The notes: a model not told the origin generated them from the letters alone. DNA of 64,000 nucleotides from an uncultured delta proteobacterium (GCA_963789395.1 CAWBKP010000025.1:32001-96000); one strand, 5' to 3'. Shown: positions 44,263 to 54,159, counted from the stretch's first letter. Made by a program: numbers and translations.

Positions 44263-45279
44263 CTACAAAATGATTTTAACGTGAGATCGGGATCGCAGCT
44301 CTTGCAGCCATTTTGTAAATTTCTGATCCACAATTTCCTTGTACAATTTGTTTTCGATTTCAGCAGAGGCCTCTTCAACCGTTTTGGTGGCGGTTTTTGC
44401 CTTATCCAGAAGACGAAAAATCTGAGGTCCGAAATCGGTTTCAATGATTTCTGAATACTGGCCAGGCGTCATCTCTTTCACGGCATCACGGATTTTTGGA
44501 TCCAGGCTGGAAAGGGAAAATGTTCCCAGTTCACCCCCGATAACCTTGACAGCGCTGCTGGAAAAATCCTGGATAACCGCTTCGATCGATTTGCCTGCTC
44601 TGAGTTCCTGAAGGATTTCCGCCATTTTCTGTTGGGCTTGCATGCGGGTGGAATAATCCGGGGTTTCCGGGTATCGAATCATGACATTGGCAAGATGATA
44701 TTTTTCCTCGAACCCGTAAAGTTCAGGATGCGCATCATAGTAAGCCTTGACGTCTTCCTTGGTAATGACAACCTTGGATTTGATTTCCCGATTGACCAGA
44801 TTGGATCTTAATATATGCTCTCTGGTTTTTTTGCGGTATTCCTCATAAGTAATCCCTTCTTTTGCCAGCGCCTGCCGGAAGGCTTCGTCGGTAAGTGAAT
44901 TGCTTTGCTTGACCCGCTCGAGGGCATTATCCACATCCTTATCCGATGTCGTAATTTTGTACCGGGCGATTTCCTGATCGGTTAATTGCTGATCGATCAT
45001 TTGATTGAGAACATCCTCCCTAACCTTGAAAATCATCTGGTGTTCCTTGTCCGGCGGGTATCCCATGGCAGTGATTTTCTCAATATAGGGTTTAAGCTGG
45101 TTGTTGAGATCATTCAGGGTAATCACGTCGTTGTTAACAACAGCCACAATCCGGTCGATCACTTCAGCTCCGATGGCCGGCTGCGGGAACCACCGGACAA
45201 CCGGTATCACACTGGCGGCGATTATCGCCAGCAGGGGAAATTGTCGCTTTATAAATCGGTGAATGATATTCTGGGTCAT
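44263..45279 (-). CDS. surA: SurA-like periplasmic chaperone/PPIase
   Basis: DRIVAVVNNDVIT, GGELG, WLQELR. Confidence 0.88.
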   Translation of the reverse strand: MTQNIIHRFIKRQFPLLAIIAASVIPVVRWFPQPAIGAEVIDRIVAVVNNDVITLNDLNNQLKPYIEKITAMGYPPDKEHQMIFKVREDVLNQMIDQQLTDQEIARYKITTSDKDVDNALERVKQSNSLTDEAFRQALAKEGITYEEYRKKTREHILRSNLVNREIKSKVVITKEDVKAYYDAHPELYGFEEKYHLANVMIRYPETPDYSTRMQAQQKMAEILQELRAGKSIEAVIQDFSSSAVKVIGGELGTFSLSSLDPKIRDAVKEMTPGQYSEIIETDFGPQIFRLLDKAKTATKTVEEASAEIENKLYKEIVDQKFTKWLQELRSRSHVKIIL

Positions 45280-45298
45280 GATGGCTTGCCTGCTCCTT

Positions 45299-45458
45299 AA
45301 AAGTCAAAATGGGATGGCTATGTTAAAGTCTCCAGATGCAAGGTGCGCACACGGTAGCTTCCGGCGACAATCCTGTCATTGCGGCGTACGTGACAGTACG
45401 CATCACAGACAATGAATGAAGTGCAGCGCTGCAGATGGACTTTTTACAAACCCTTCAA
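45299..45458. repeat. MITE-like element of the AAAAGTC...GACTTTTT TIR family with a different core
   Basis: AAAAGTCAAAATGGGATGGC...AGATGCAAGG...GCGTAC..GTACGC...AGATGGACTTTTTACAAACCCTTCAA. Confidence 0.7.
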
Positions 45459-48400
45459 TTGTTAACACGCTGACCAATCTCTTTCAAGATGTTTTTGGTT
45501 TCCGACAGCAGCGCGCTGAAATGGTGTTTGTCCAGATGCACTTTCAATACATGGTCGGGGGTGAATTCAAATCGTCGTTTTTCCGAAACGATCATGTCCA
45601 CGATGCCGAACGGATTTTTCTGGTGCGCCTCGGAGAATCTCAGGTGAAGCTGTTGGCCGAAAAGATCCAGCCGCTTGACTCCAGCGGCAATGCAAAGCAC
45701 CTTAAGCATCATTTTCAGCAGCAGATTGGCGGCCTCGTCAGGCAGGGGACCGAATCGATCGACCATTTCTTTTTTGTAATCCGATATCTCGGCCAGGCTG
45801 GTCATTTTCGCCAGCCGCCGGTATGCCACCAGCCGCTGATCGATATCCATAATATAGGTTTCCGGGATAAAAGCGCTTAAGGTGATCTGGATATCCGGCT
45901 CCAGGCTTTCCAAGATCGGCTCGCCCTTGATCTCGCACATGGCTTCTTCCATAAGTTTTAAAAACATGTCGTAGCCGACGGCGGCGATATGGCCCGACTG
46001 GGAGGCGCCCAGAATCGTTCCGCCCCCCCTTATTTTCAGATCGCTCATTGCGATTTGAAAACCGGAGCCCAGATCACTGTGCTCCATGAGCACCTTCAGC
46101 CGCTTTAATGCGTCCGGATTCAGGGTGTGCTCTGCCGGAATAAACAAGTAGGCATAGGCCTGTTCATCGGAGCGGCCCACGCGGCCGCGAAGCTGATAAA
46201 TCTGGGATAGTCCGAAACGGTCTGCCCGGTTGACCAGCATGGTGTTGGCCGAAGGAATGTCCAGGCCGGATTCGATAATGGTGGTGCAGACCAGCAGGTC
46301 CAGCTCTTTTTTGGTGAACCGCAGCATGACATCCTCCAGTTCGTCACTGCTCATGCGCCCGTGCGCCACATCCAGCCGAGCTTCCGGAACCAGTTGTTTC
46401 AGGTGATCGGCCATGGACCAGATGGTGTGAATATTGTTGTGAACAAAATAGATCTGGCCTTTTCGCTCCAGCTCTTTTCGGATGGCTTCTGTGACCACGG
46501 TGTCGTCAAATTCTGAAATAAAGGTTGCGATCGGCTGGCGATGCTCCGGCGGGGTGGAGATGATGCTGATATCCCGGACCCCCATCATGGACATGTGAAG
46601 GGTCCGCGGGATCGGCGTGGCCGTCAGCGCCAGGACATCTACGTTGTGTTTGAATTTTTTCAGTTTTTCCTTGTGTTTGACCCCGAAGCGCTGTTCTTCA
46701 TCCAGAACGATCAGCCCCAGATCCTTAAAGCCGATATCCTTTTGCAGCAGGCGGTGGGTGCCGATCACGATATCAACGGTTCCGGTCTTGAGCTCTTCGA
46801 TAATGCCTTTTTGCTCCTTGGCGCTTCTAAACCGGCTCAGGCAAGCAACCCGGACCGGATACCGCCTGAACCGGCTGGAAAACGTTTCAAAATGCTGTTC
46901 GGCCAGCACGGTGGTGGGAACCAGCACCGCAACCTGTTTGCTGTTGTTGACGGCCAGAAAGGAGGCCCGAAGGGCAACTTCGGTTTTTCCGTATCCCACA
47001 TCCCCGCAAACGAGCCGGTCCATCGGGGCAGGGGACTGCATGTCCTGCAGGACATCGTCGATGGCGTGCAGTTGATCCGGGGTTTCCTCATAGGAAAAGC
47101 TGGCTTCAAAATCGTGAAAATAGCTGTCGATGCCTGAAAATGAAATGCCGGGGGCCACTTTCCGACTGGCATAGAGCTTTAAAAGCTCGCCGGCAATTTT
47201 CTCGACAGACTGTTTGACCTGTTTTTTGACCCGGTCCCAGGATTTTCCCCCCATTTTATCCAGAACCGGCGCTACGCCGTCCACGCCCAGGTATTTCTGA
47301 ATCATGTTCATCCGGACCACCGGCAGATAGAGCTTGTCCGCGTCCCGGTAGGTGATGAGCAGAAAATCATTGGTGGCTCCGTCAACAATCAGCTTCATCA
47401 GTCCTTCGTACTGGCCGATGCCGTGATCGCTGTGAACCACCAGATCCCCTCTTTTCAGTTCCCCGAAGATGATCTGTTCGGTGTGGATTTTTGACGCGGG
47501 CAGGCGCTTTCTGTGATGCTTGCGGCCGAATATCTCGTCTTCGGAAATAATGGCAAGCGCTTGATCCGGCCACACAAAACCGGCGGAAACGTGTCCGAGG
47601 CAGGCATAGACCCGGCCCTTCCCAGAGTGCAGGTCTGATGGCATGCCGCTTGCCAGTTTTAGCTGAATCCCGTAAGGCTGCATCAGGGCGGAAAGCCGTT
47701 CTGCCTGGGACCGGGTGCTGCAGACGATCAGGGTCGTAACCCCCTGCTCTTTTTTATTATTTACCCACTGAGCCAGCGGCAGCAGAAGCTGTTCGGCGTC
47801 ACGCTGAGCAGCCAGTTGCTCCTGGATATCTGCATTGTTTTCAACTGAAAACGCCACGGCTGAAAAATGTTGAGGTGTTGTGGTCGGCAGAACCAGTGAT
47901 GTTTGCCGCAGGACCAGCGGAAGGCGCTCAAGAATTGCTGGATATGCAGCATCCCAGGTTTCATGCAGGGCCTCTGGTGCCACGCACAAGGCGCCGTTTT
48001 TCCGCGACGTCATGTATTGCCGGACGGTTTTGTCATGAAATGCCAGAGCGGATTTCTCAAGTTCAGCCGGTTCCACCATCACGAACAAGGCATCTTGCGG
48101 CGCATAGTCCAAAAGATTGTCCATTGCGGGATAAAACAGCGGGGTCAAAAATTCAATGCCCGGAAAAACGCCTTCATTTTTGATGCGCGCCACCAGATCC
48201 CGGATGGTTGTGACCGGCAGCTCCAGAACCGATGCCTGCTCCCGGATGCGGCCAATGACAGTCTCGATGGATTCCATTTTGATAATGGCTTCCCGCGCGG
48301 GAATGATGATGGCCTCGGCGATGTTTTTGATCGTGCGCTGGGTGGATGCGGAAAAAAAACGGATGGATTCCACGCTGTCGCCATAAAGCTCGATCCGCAA

Positions 48401-48970
48401 AGGGTCTGTGTACAGCGGGGAGAACACATCCAGAATCCCCCCCCGGATGCAGTAGTCTCCGGGCTCTTCAACGATCATCGTCCGAACGTAGCCGCCGGAA
48501 ACCATTTTCTCCACCAGCCGATCCAGGCTGATTTCTTCATTTTCCATCAATAGCTCCGAATAATTACAGAGCTCCTGCCTGGGAATGAGTTTTTGGAGCA
48601 GGCCTTCAATGGGCGCGATCACAATTGGCGGGGAGGTGGCATAAATAAGTTGATACAGCGCGGCAATCCGTTTGGTCGATGCCTCGCTGTGACTGGACAG
48701 GGATTTGTACGCCCCGGCTGCTGACGCCGGGAAAAAACTGACGGGCAGCGGTGTCCTGCCCGCATAAAAATCCATATCCGCCATCAACTGCTGGGCTTCT
48801 TTGGATGACGACGTCACGATGATCATCGGCAGGGGATGGTATTGGTACAGGGAAGTACACAAATAAGCCAGCTGGGAAGCGAAAATTCCGGTGCATTCAA
48901 TACGCTGATTTCTATAGAGAATGGCATCCATCAGGGAATGGAGTCCATTTTTTTCTTGATTTTGAAACAT
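45455..48970 (-). CDS. mfd: Transcription-repair coupling factor
   Basis: RGGILD, VVHSDHGIG, GDVGYGKTEVA, DEEQRFGV, TATPIPRTL, QLRGRVGRS. Confidence 0.97.
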   Translation of the reverse strand: MFQNQEKNGLHSLMDAILYRNQRIECTGIFASQLAYLCTSLYQYHPLPMIIVTSSSKEAQQLMADMDFYAGRTPLPVSFFPASAAGAYKSLSSHSEASTKRIAALYQLIYATSPPIVIAPIEGLLQKLIPRQELCNYSELLMENEEISLDRLVEKMVSGGYVRTMIVEEPGDYCIRGGILDVFSPLYTDPLRIELYGDSVESIRFFSASTQRTIKNIAEAIIIPAREAIIKMESIETVIGRIREQASVLELPVTTIRDLVARIKNEGVFPGIEFLTPLFYPAMDNLLDYAPQDALFVMVEPAELEKSALAFHDKTVRQYMTSRKNGALCVAPEALHETWDAAYPAILERLPLVLRQTSLVLPTTTPQHFSAVAFSVENNADIQEQLAAQRDAEQLLLPLAQWVNNKKEQGVTTLIVCSTRSQAERLSALMQPYGIQLKLASGMPSDLHSGKGRVYACLGHVSAGFVWPDQALAIISEDEIFGRKHHRKRLPASKIHTEQIIFGELKRGDLVVHSDHGIGQYEGLMKLIVDGATNDFLLITYRDADKLYLPVVRMNMIQKYLGVDGVAPVLDKMGGKSWDRVKKQVKQSVEKIAGELLKLYASRKVAPGISFSGIDSYFHDFEASFSYEETPDQLHAIDDVLQDMQSPAPMDRLVCGDVGYGKTEVALRASFLAVNNSKQVAVLVPTTVLAEQHFETFSSRFRRYPVRVACLSRFRSAKEQKGIIEELKTGTVDIVIGTHRLLQKDIGFKDLGLIVLDEEQRFGVKHKEKLKKFKHNVDVLALTATPIPRTLHMSMMGVRDISIISTPPEHRQPIATFISEFDDTVVTEAIRKELERKGQIYFVHNNIHTIWSMADHLKQLVPEARLDVAHGRMSSDELEDVMLRFTKKELDLLVCTTIIESGLDIPSANTMLVNRADRFGLSQIYQLRGRVGRSDEQAYAYLFIPAEHTLNPDALKRLKVLMEHSDLGSGFQIAMSDLKIRGGGTILGASQSGHIAAVGYDMFLKLMEEAMCEIKGEPILESLEPDIQITLSAFIPETYIMDIDQRLVAYRRLAKMTSLAEISDYKKEMVDRFGPLPDEAANLLLKMMLKVLCIAAGVKRLDLFGQQLHLRFSEAHQKNPFGIVDMIVSEKRRFEFTPDHVLKVHLDKHHFSALLSETKNILKEIGQRVNN

Positions 48971-49080
48971 AAAAACAGTATCCAATCGCGATAAATCGAA
49001 AAAGACCATAAATGGTATGGCAAAGTAGAAAGTTCAATCTCAACTTAGAGACCGGGCATTTTACAAAGCCATCCGTGCCG

Positions 49081-49156
49081 GCCGGCGTAGCTCAGTTGGT
49101 AGAGCAGCTGATTCGTAATCAGCAGGTCAGCGGTTCAAGTCCGCTCGCCGGCTCCA
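49081..49156 (+). tRNA. tRNA-Thr (anticodon CGT)
   Basis: 76-nt cloverleaf GCCGGCG...CGCCGGC-T-CCA, anticodon arm GCTGA-TTCGTAA-TCAGC, GGTTCAAGTCC T arm. Confidence 0.97.
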
Positions 49157-49442
49157 TAAAAACTATAAATCTATCATTCCGTTAAAAGCTTTTCAAGTTC
49201 TAATCTTGGAAAGCTTTTTTTGTTTAAGTGAGAATCCCCGTGTGACTTTTTCCCTCAGGGCGGATATTGATTCCAGCTTTGATCCGTCAAAAGACCGAAT
49301 GGGCAATCCAATCTCAATTGGGTGGTGTAATGGTCTGGGAATTGGGACAGGAAGCTGCCGGCGACGACTCACTGTTGAAAGTGATCTGCAATCCGTTGCT
49401 AAACAGATTGGCTTAAGAGGAAAGTTTACAGGAGATATTTTT

Positions 49443-49910
49443 ATGACAATTTCTAAAGGCATGTTCACTATTACGTTTCTTTTCGTTGCAATCGTTTTCT
49501 CATACTCATGCTCGGCGGCAAGTCACTGCGACCTCGTAGATGCCGCCGAAAAAGGTAATCTTGAAGCGATAAAAAGCTGTCTTGAGAATGGTGCGGATGT
49601 TAACGGGCATGCGCTCTTCACACGCACCACGGCCCTGATAGAAGCTGCAAGGAACGGTCACGCTGACTGTGTGAAAGTTCTTCTTCTTGCCAAAGATGTG
49701 GACGTGGATGCGACGGAGAAGGATGGCTATACGGCGTTGATAATATCAGCCGAGAAGGGCTACGCGAATGTCGTTACCCAACTGATTTCAAAGGTTGCGG
49801 ACGTGAACGCAAAGTCAAATGGTGGCGTAACAGCGTTGTGGATAGCCATTCATGAAGGTCATAACGACATTGTGCATATGTTGAAGGCTGCTGGTGCGAG
49901 AGTGGATTGA
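49443..49910 (+). CDS. Secreted ankyrin-repeat protein
   Basis: Signal-like N-terminus; repeats TALIEAARNGH, TALIISAEKGY, TALWIAIHEGH. Confidence 0.85.
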   Translation: MTISKGMFTITFLFVAIVFSYSCSAASHCDLVDAAEKGNLEAIKSCLENGADVNGHALFTRTTALIEAARNGHADCVKVLLLAKDVDVDATEKDGYTALIISAEKGYANVVTQLISKVADVNAKSNGGVTALWIAIHEGHNDIVHMLKAAGARVD

Positions 49911-50037
49911 TGACGGCCAGGGAAGCCTGCCAGATCAGGATATAACGCCTGGGAGATTCCCAGGGGTGCAAATAAGTAGACAAATCGGATTGCTTGACAA
50001 TTATGTTAAATGAATCGGTTATGGGACGGTGGGAATA

Positions 50038-50457
50038 ATGAAAAAAATATTTATTGTTGCAATGGTTATTTCAATTTGTTTGATATCCTTTGCTTCAACG
50101 AGTTGGGCTATTTGGCCTTTCTCTCATTGGAAAAACAATGAACAAACAAAAATAAATGATCTTGAAAAGCAACTCCAAGTTGAAAGGCAGATGAAGGCGG
50201 ACGCAGAGACAAAAATTAGCGAACTTGAAGATCAACTCCAATATGAGAGGCAGTTGAGGGAGTCCGTACAAAAAGATAAAGAATTGGCCCAACAAAATAC
50301 AGCAAAAGCTGAAAGCTCTCGTGTTCTATGGATGGGCATATCGGCAGCATTTGGTTTGCTTTGTCTTCTTTTGGGGATTGCTATAGGATCAAAAATTCGA
50401 GGGGCTACAAAGATTCAGCACAACGCCGCCGGAAGAGACAATATCGAACGAGAATGA
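50038..50457 (+). CDS. Hypothetical exported coiled-coil protein with C-terminal TM helix
   Basis: Signal peptide MKKIFIV...SWA, internal 21-aa duplication, TM LWMGISAAFGLLCLLLGIAI. Confidence 0.7.
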   Translation: MKKIFIVAMVISICLISFASTSWAIWPFSHWKNNEQTKINDLEKQLQVERQMKADAETKISELEDQLQYERQLRESVQKDKELAQQNTAKAESSRVLWMGISAAFGLLCLLLGIAIGSKIRGATKIQHNAAGRDNIERE

Positions 50458-50601
50458 AGTCAAGACCCCTTAAAGGCAGCGATGCCGTGAAAAAAATGAT
50501 TGAATCCGAATCACGGATGGCTTATCTTTCGAGAAAACTCAGGGGGGAGGCAACTTGGCTTATAGCGGCTTGAATCCTTCAGACATGCAGATATATCATG
50601 C

Positions 50602-50701
50602 GATGAACTCATAGAAAGTCAAAATCGGGATGGCAATGTACAGGTCGAGCAAAAAAGACGATGATCTGAGTTGAATACGGATTTTTTTAAAGCGTAGTCA
50701 A
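50602..50701. repeat. Degenerate copy of the TIR-family element
   Basis: GATGAACTCATAGAAAGTCAAAATCGGGATGGC matches the left part of the 45299 element; right end GGATTTTTTTAAAGCGTAGTCAA. Confidence 0.5.
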
Positions 50702-50712
50702 TAAAAGGTATA

Positions 50713-52189
50713 ATGTATAACAGCTATTTTGGATTTTCAAATTCCCCTTTCGAAAACAGTCTTGATCAGCGATTCCTGTTTTTCAGTGCGAATCACAGTG
50801 ACGTAACCGCTGCGCTTCTCTATTTCATACAGTGGGAAAAAGAGTTTGCCCTGGTCTGCGGGGAAAGGGGAACCGGAAAGACCCTGCTTGTCCATTACCT
50901 GCTGAGCAGACTGCCCGACTCCGTGCACCCGATCATCATAGCGGATCCGGGTGTCGGTTACATGGAGATTCTGCAATCTGCTGCAAGAATATTAAACATA
51001 GACGACCCGGGGAAAAGTGAACATGATCTGGTCGATCATGTAAAGGCAGCTTTGGTGGAAGTCCGGCCGTCAGGCAGAACGCTTTGTTCTGATAGTCGAT
51101 GAGGCTCACCTTTTTTCCGACACCCGCATCGGAGAAATCATACGCCTTTCCAATATTGAAACACCGGAGCATAAGCTCTTCCAGATTCTGTTTCTCGGGC
51201 AGGGCGTATTCAGCGACAGGCTGAACCGTCCCGAGCTGTGCCAGCTTCGACAGCAGATCAACATCAACCGCTTTCTCGCCCCCATGGATGCTGCCGAAAC
51301 CATCCAGTACATCGATCATCGGCTCAATAAGGCGGGCTCCAGTTTTGACGCCTGTTTCGAACCCGAATGCAGGCATCTTATTTTCAAAATGACAGGTGGC
51401 GTTCCGCGCAGTATCAACCAGCTCTGCGACAGTGCGCTGCGGGTCTGTATGACCGAAAAACTGTTGAAGGTTGACCGGAAGATCCTGAAACAGATCGGCA
51501 GGGATCAGCGCAGCGATGTCCGCTTTACTTCCGGGTCTCACGCTGGCCGCAGCAGGCTATCTTCCTTGAAAACGACTCCTCTGCTGGCTGTTTTGAGCGC
51601 ATCCGTCGTTATATGTATCCTGCTTGGCGTTTTCGTCTATCAGGAGAGGCTGGAAGAGAGGGCCCGATATTTTCTTCACGGGACTGAGACATCGATGGCG
51701 GTAATACCGGCTGCGGTCCAACCTCCCGGCTCTGAAACTGCTGCCGATCCGGCAATGACCCCGGCTGTCATGAACACGGATGCTATAGATGCTGCAAAAT
51801 TGGCTGATCCGACGATTGACGCCGAATCGGAGAACGATAGATCCAGTTCGACCTTGCTGCCCGCAGGAGCGGATTTGCCGGAAATGAAGCAGACCCTGCC
51901 GGACCAGGCGCCTGCCTCCCCTGTGGAAAAAACCGGCAATGTGGTTGTCTTCCCCTTGATGCGTATGAAAGGCTTTCCGCCGGGGAACCCATCATCACGT
52001 TTATCCCGCCCGAAAAGCGTAGTGGTGAAAAAAGGGGATACGCTGATTAAGATAGCATCCCGGTATTTCCCGGATAACCAAGTCGAAGGCGTCAATAAAA
52101 TCCTCGCAGCCAATCCTGAAATCGATGTGATAAACCGGATTTATATCGGTCAGAAATTGATCATTCCCGAAAAAGGTAATGATAGATAG
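50713..52189 (+). CDS. ExeA/GspA-family AAA ATPase with TM helix and C-terminal LysM (frameshift near 51065)
   Basis: MYNSYFGF...PF, GERGTGKT, IVDEAH, YIDHRL, GGVPRSINQLCD, VKKGDTLIKIA...IYIGQKLIIP. Confidence 0.85.
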
Positions 52190-52404
52190 TTGCGGATCGG
52201 GGAGGACGATCAAGTTAAATCGAGATCGAAACAAATACAAAATGTCAATGTCGAAATGGCCGAAGATAATGAGCGAACTGCTTGCCATCATTATTGACTC
52301 GTCAATAGAACTGTGATAGCGCATAAAGTCAAAGATGCTGATATGTTCAGGTTGCCATCCGATATGAGTTTAACCATTTTTCATAGATGAAGGAGAACAT
52401 CAGT

Positions 52405-53445
52405 ATGGCCTTCCAGGATTTTTCCCATCAGTTCATTCAGGGGCTTTCGGAGATTCACAGATCGCTTGATTTGAAGGAGACAAAGGAAGCGGTTGTCCGG
52501 GTTTCATCACAGCTTTTTGGTGCAAAGGGCGCCTCGCTGCTGCTGTTTGACCGCACGCATGACACATTGAGAGTTTCCGAAGCTTATGGTCTGAGCGACG
52601 CCTATAAGACAAAGGGAGACGTCAGTCCGAAAAAAAGCATCGGTGAGACGACCCACGGCAACGTGGTGGTGATCCGCGATGTTGCCACGGACCCGAATCT
52701 GCAGTATCCGCAGGATGCGATAAAAGAAGGGATTAAAAGCATTGTCGGTATTCCGGTTGCCGTTGGAAACATTCTGGTCGGCACGCTCCGGCTGTATTTT
52801 GACAGTACCCGGGAAATTTCCTGGGAGGAGATGGAGTATCTGAAGATGCTGGCGCTTCATGTGGGGCTGTCGTTAAGAAAGTCGTTTTATTTTGACTCCA
52901 TCAAGAACTCGACCACCAATATCCATTTGATGCCTGCGTTCAAGGTCAGCGAATCGATGATGAACCTGGTCAAGACCGCAACCTTATCCGGCAATTCCAG
53001 GGGCTGCTCGCTGTTTTTGATCAAGCAGTCCGAGGGGATGCTGGAGCGGGTGGCCTCTTTCGGGCTGAGTGAGAGCTACATTTCCAAAGGGACGCTGTAT
53101 GCCGCACAGAGCATCGGAGAGGTGATCACCGGAAAGCCGGTTATCATCTCCAAGGTCGCCACCGATTCCCGGGTTCAGTACCGCGAGGAGGCGCTAAAGG
53201 AGAACATCAAGGCCATCATCGGCTTTCCCGTGACAGTGGGTTCAAAAATAGTCGGTGCGCTCAGGTGGTATTATGACTTTGAATTCGAGCCGGACAAGGA
53301 CCATCTGACATGGAAGGAATACCTGGCGATCAACGTGGGTCTTGCCATCGAGAAGAATCAGCTGCTGATTCAGCTAAAGACCCGGCAGGACTGGTATGCC
53401 GATATTCTCTTTGAGATGGATGCCAAACCCTACAAGATTTCCTGA
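52405..53445 (+). CDS. Tandem GAF-domain protein with no output domain
   Basis: Two internal repeats (GLSxxYxxKG...KSIGE...VATD...QY...EGIKSIVG.PV.VG...G.LR.Y). Confidence 0.85.
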   Translation: MAFQDFSHQFIQGLSEIHRSLDLKETKEAVVRVSSQLFGAKGASLLLFDRTHDTLRVSEAYGLSDAYKTKGDVSPKKSIGETTHGNVVVIRDVATDPNLQYPQDAIKEGIKSIVGIPVAVGNILVGTLRLYFDSTREISWEEMEYLKMLALHVGLSLRKSFYFDSIKNSTTNIHLMPAFKVSESMMNLVKTATLSGNSRGCSLFLIKQSEGMLERVASFGLSESYISKGTLYAAQSIGEVITGKPVIISKVATDSRVQYREEALKENIKAIIGFPVTVGSKIVGALRWYYDFEFEPDKDHLTWKEYLAINVGLAIEKNQLLIQLKTRQDWYADILFEMDAKPYKIS

Positions 53446-53500
53446 AAAAAGAAGCAGCGCTTTGGAAGCGGCCCGGCCGCATCCAAAGCGCTGTGCCGTT

Positions 53501-54013
53501 TTACAGCCAGCGCTTTTTTTCCAGCAGGGACTTGGCATAGTCCTGGCGGGTTTTGCGCGTTCCCGTATTGGGGCGTTTAAAGCTCAGCGCGTGGGCCGTA
53601 CAAGCCGTAACGCAGGCGGGCTTTTCATCCGCATCGAGCCGGTCCCTGCAGTAATCGCATTTTAGCACCTTTCCGCTTGATTCATCCCACTGCGGCACCT
53701 GCCAGGGGCAGGCGTCGATACAGGCCTTGCAGCCGACGCAAAGCTTTGCATCCACAAAAACGATTCCATCCGCTTTTCGCTTTTTAATGGCATCGGTCGG
53801 GCAGACGGCCATGCACCAGGGCTCTTCGCAATGAAAACAGGCCCTGAAGGCCGAAAGAATCTGGATGGTGTCTTCCTCGCAAACCGGCTCCGCGGTGATC
53901 AATAATCCCATCTTGACATCGGAAGCCGTCTGATGGGCCACCTGGCAGTGCACCTCACATGCCTTGCAGGCAATGCATCGTCTCGGGTCAAATTGAATAT
54001 GGCAGTTGTTCAT
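53501..54013 (-). CDS. 4x[4Fe-4S] electron-transfer (DmsB/PhsB-type beta) subunit
   Basis: CIACKACEVHC, CFHCEEPWCMAVCP, CVGCKACIDACP, KCDYC...PACVTAC. Confidence 0.92.
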   Translation of the reverse strand: MNNCHIQFDPRRCIACKACEVHCQVAHQTASDVKMGLLITAEPVCEEDTIQILSAFRACFHCEEPWCMAVCPTDAIKKRKADGIVFVDAKLCVGCKACIDACPWQVPQWDESSGKVLKCDYCRDRLDADEKPACVTACTAHALSFKRPNTGTRKTRQDYAKSLLEKKRWL

Positions 54014-54159
54014 CTTGGGTCCTGTTTTATCGGTATCTTTTTTTGCAGAGGGGTTGCAGTCTGAAATGATATCGGCTGATACCTATAAAACTAGCGGCGT
54101 TGTGTCAAGGGTTCTTTTTAGGTGAAGGGAAATCCGGCCGGGTCCGAAGCAAAGAGACA

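Noticed and set aside
49081..53500. Intact integrative element or prophage at tRNA-Thr
   Set aside because: No integrase, phage genes or visible tRNA 3' duplication
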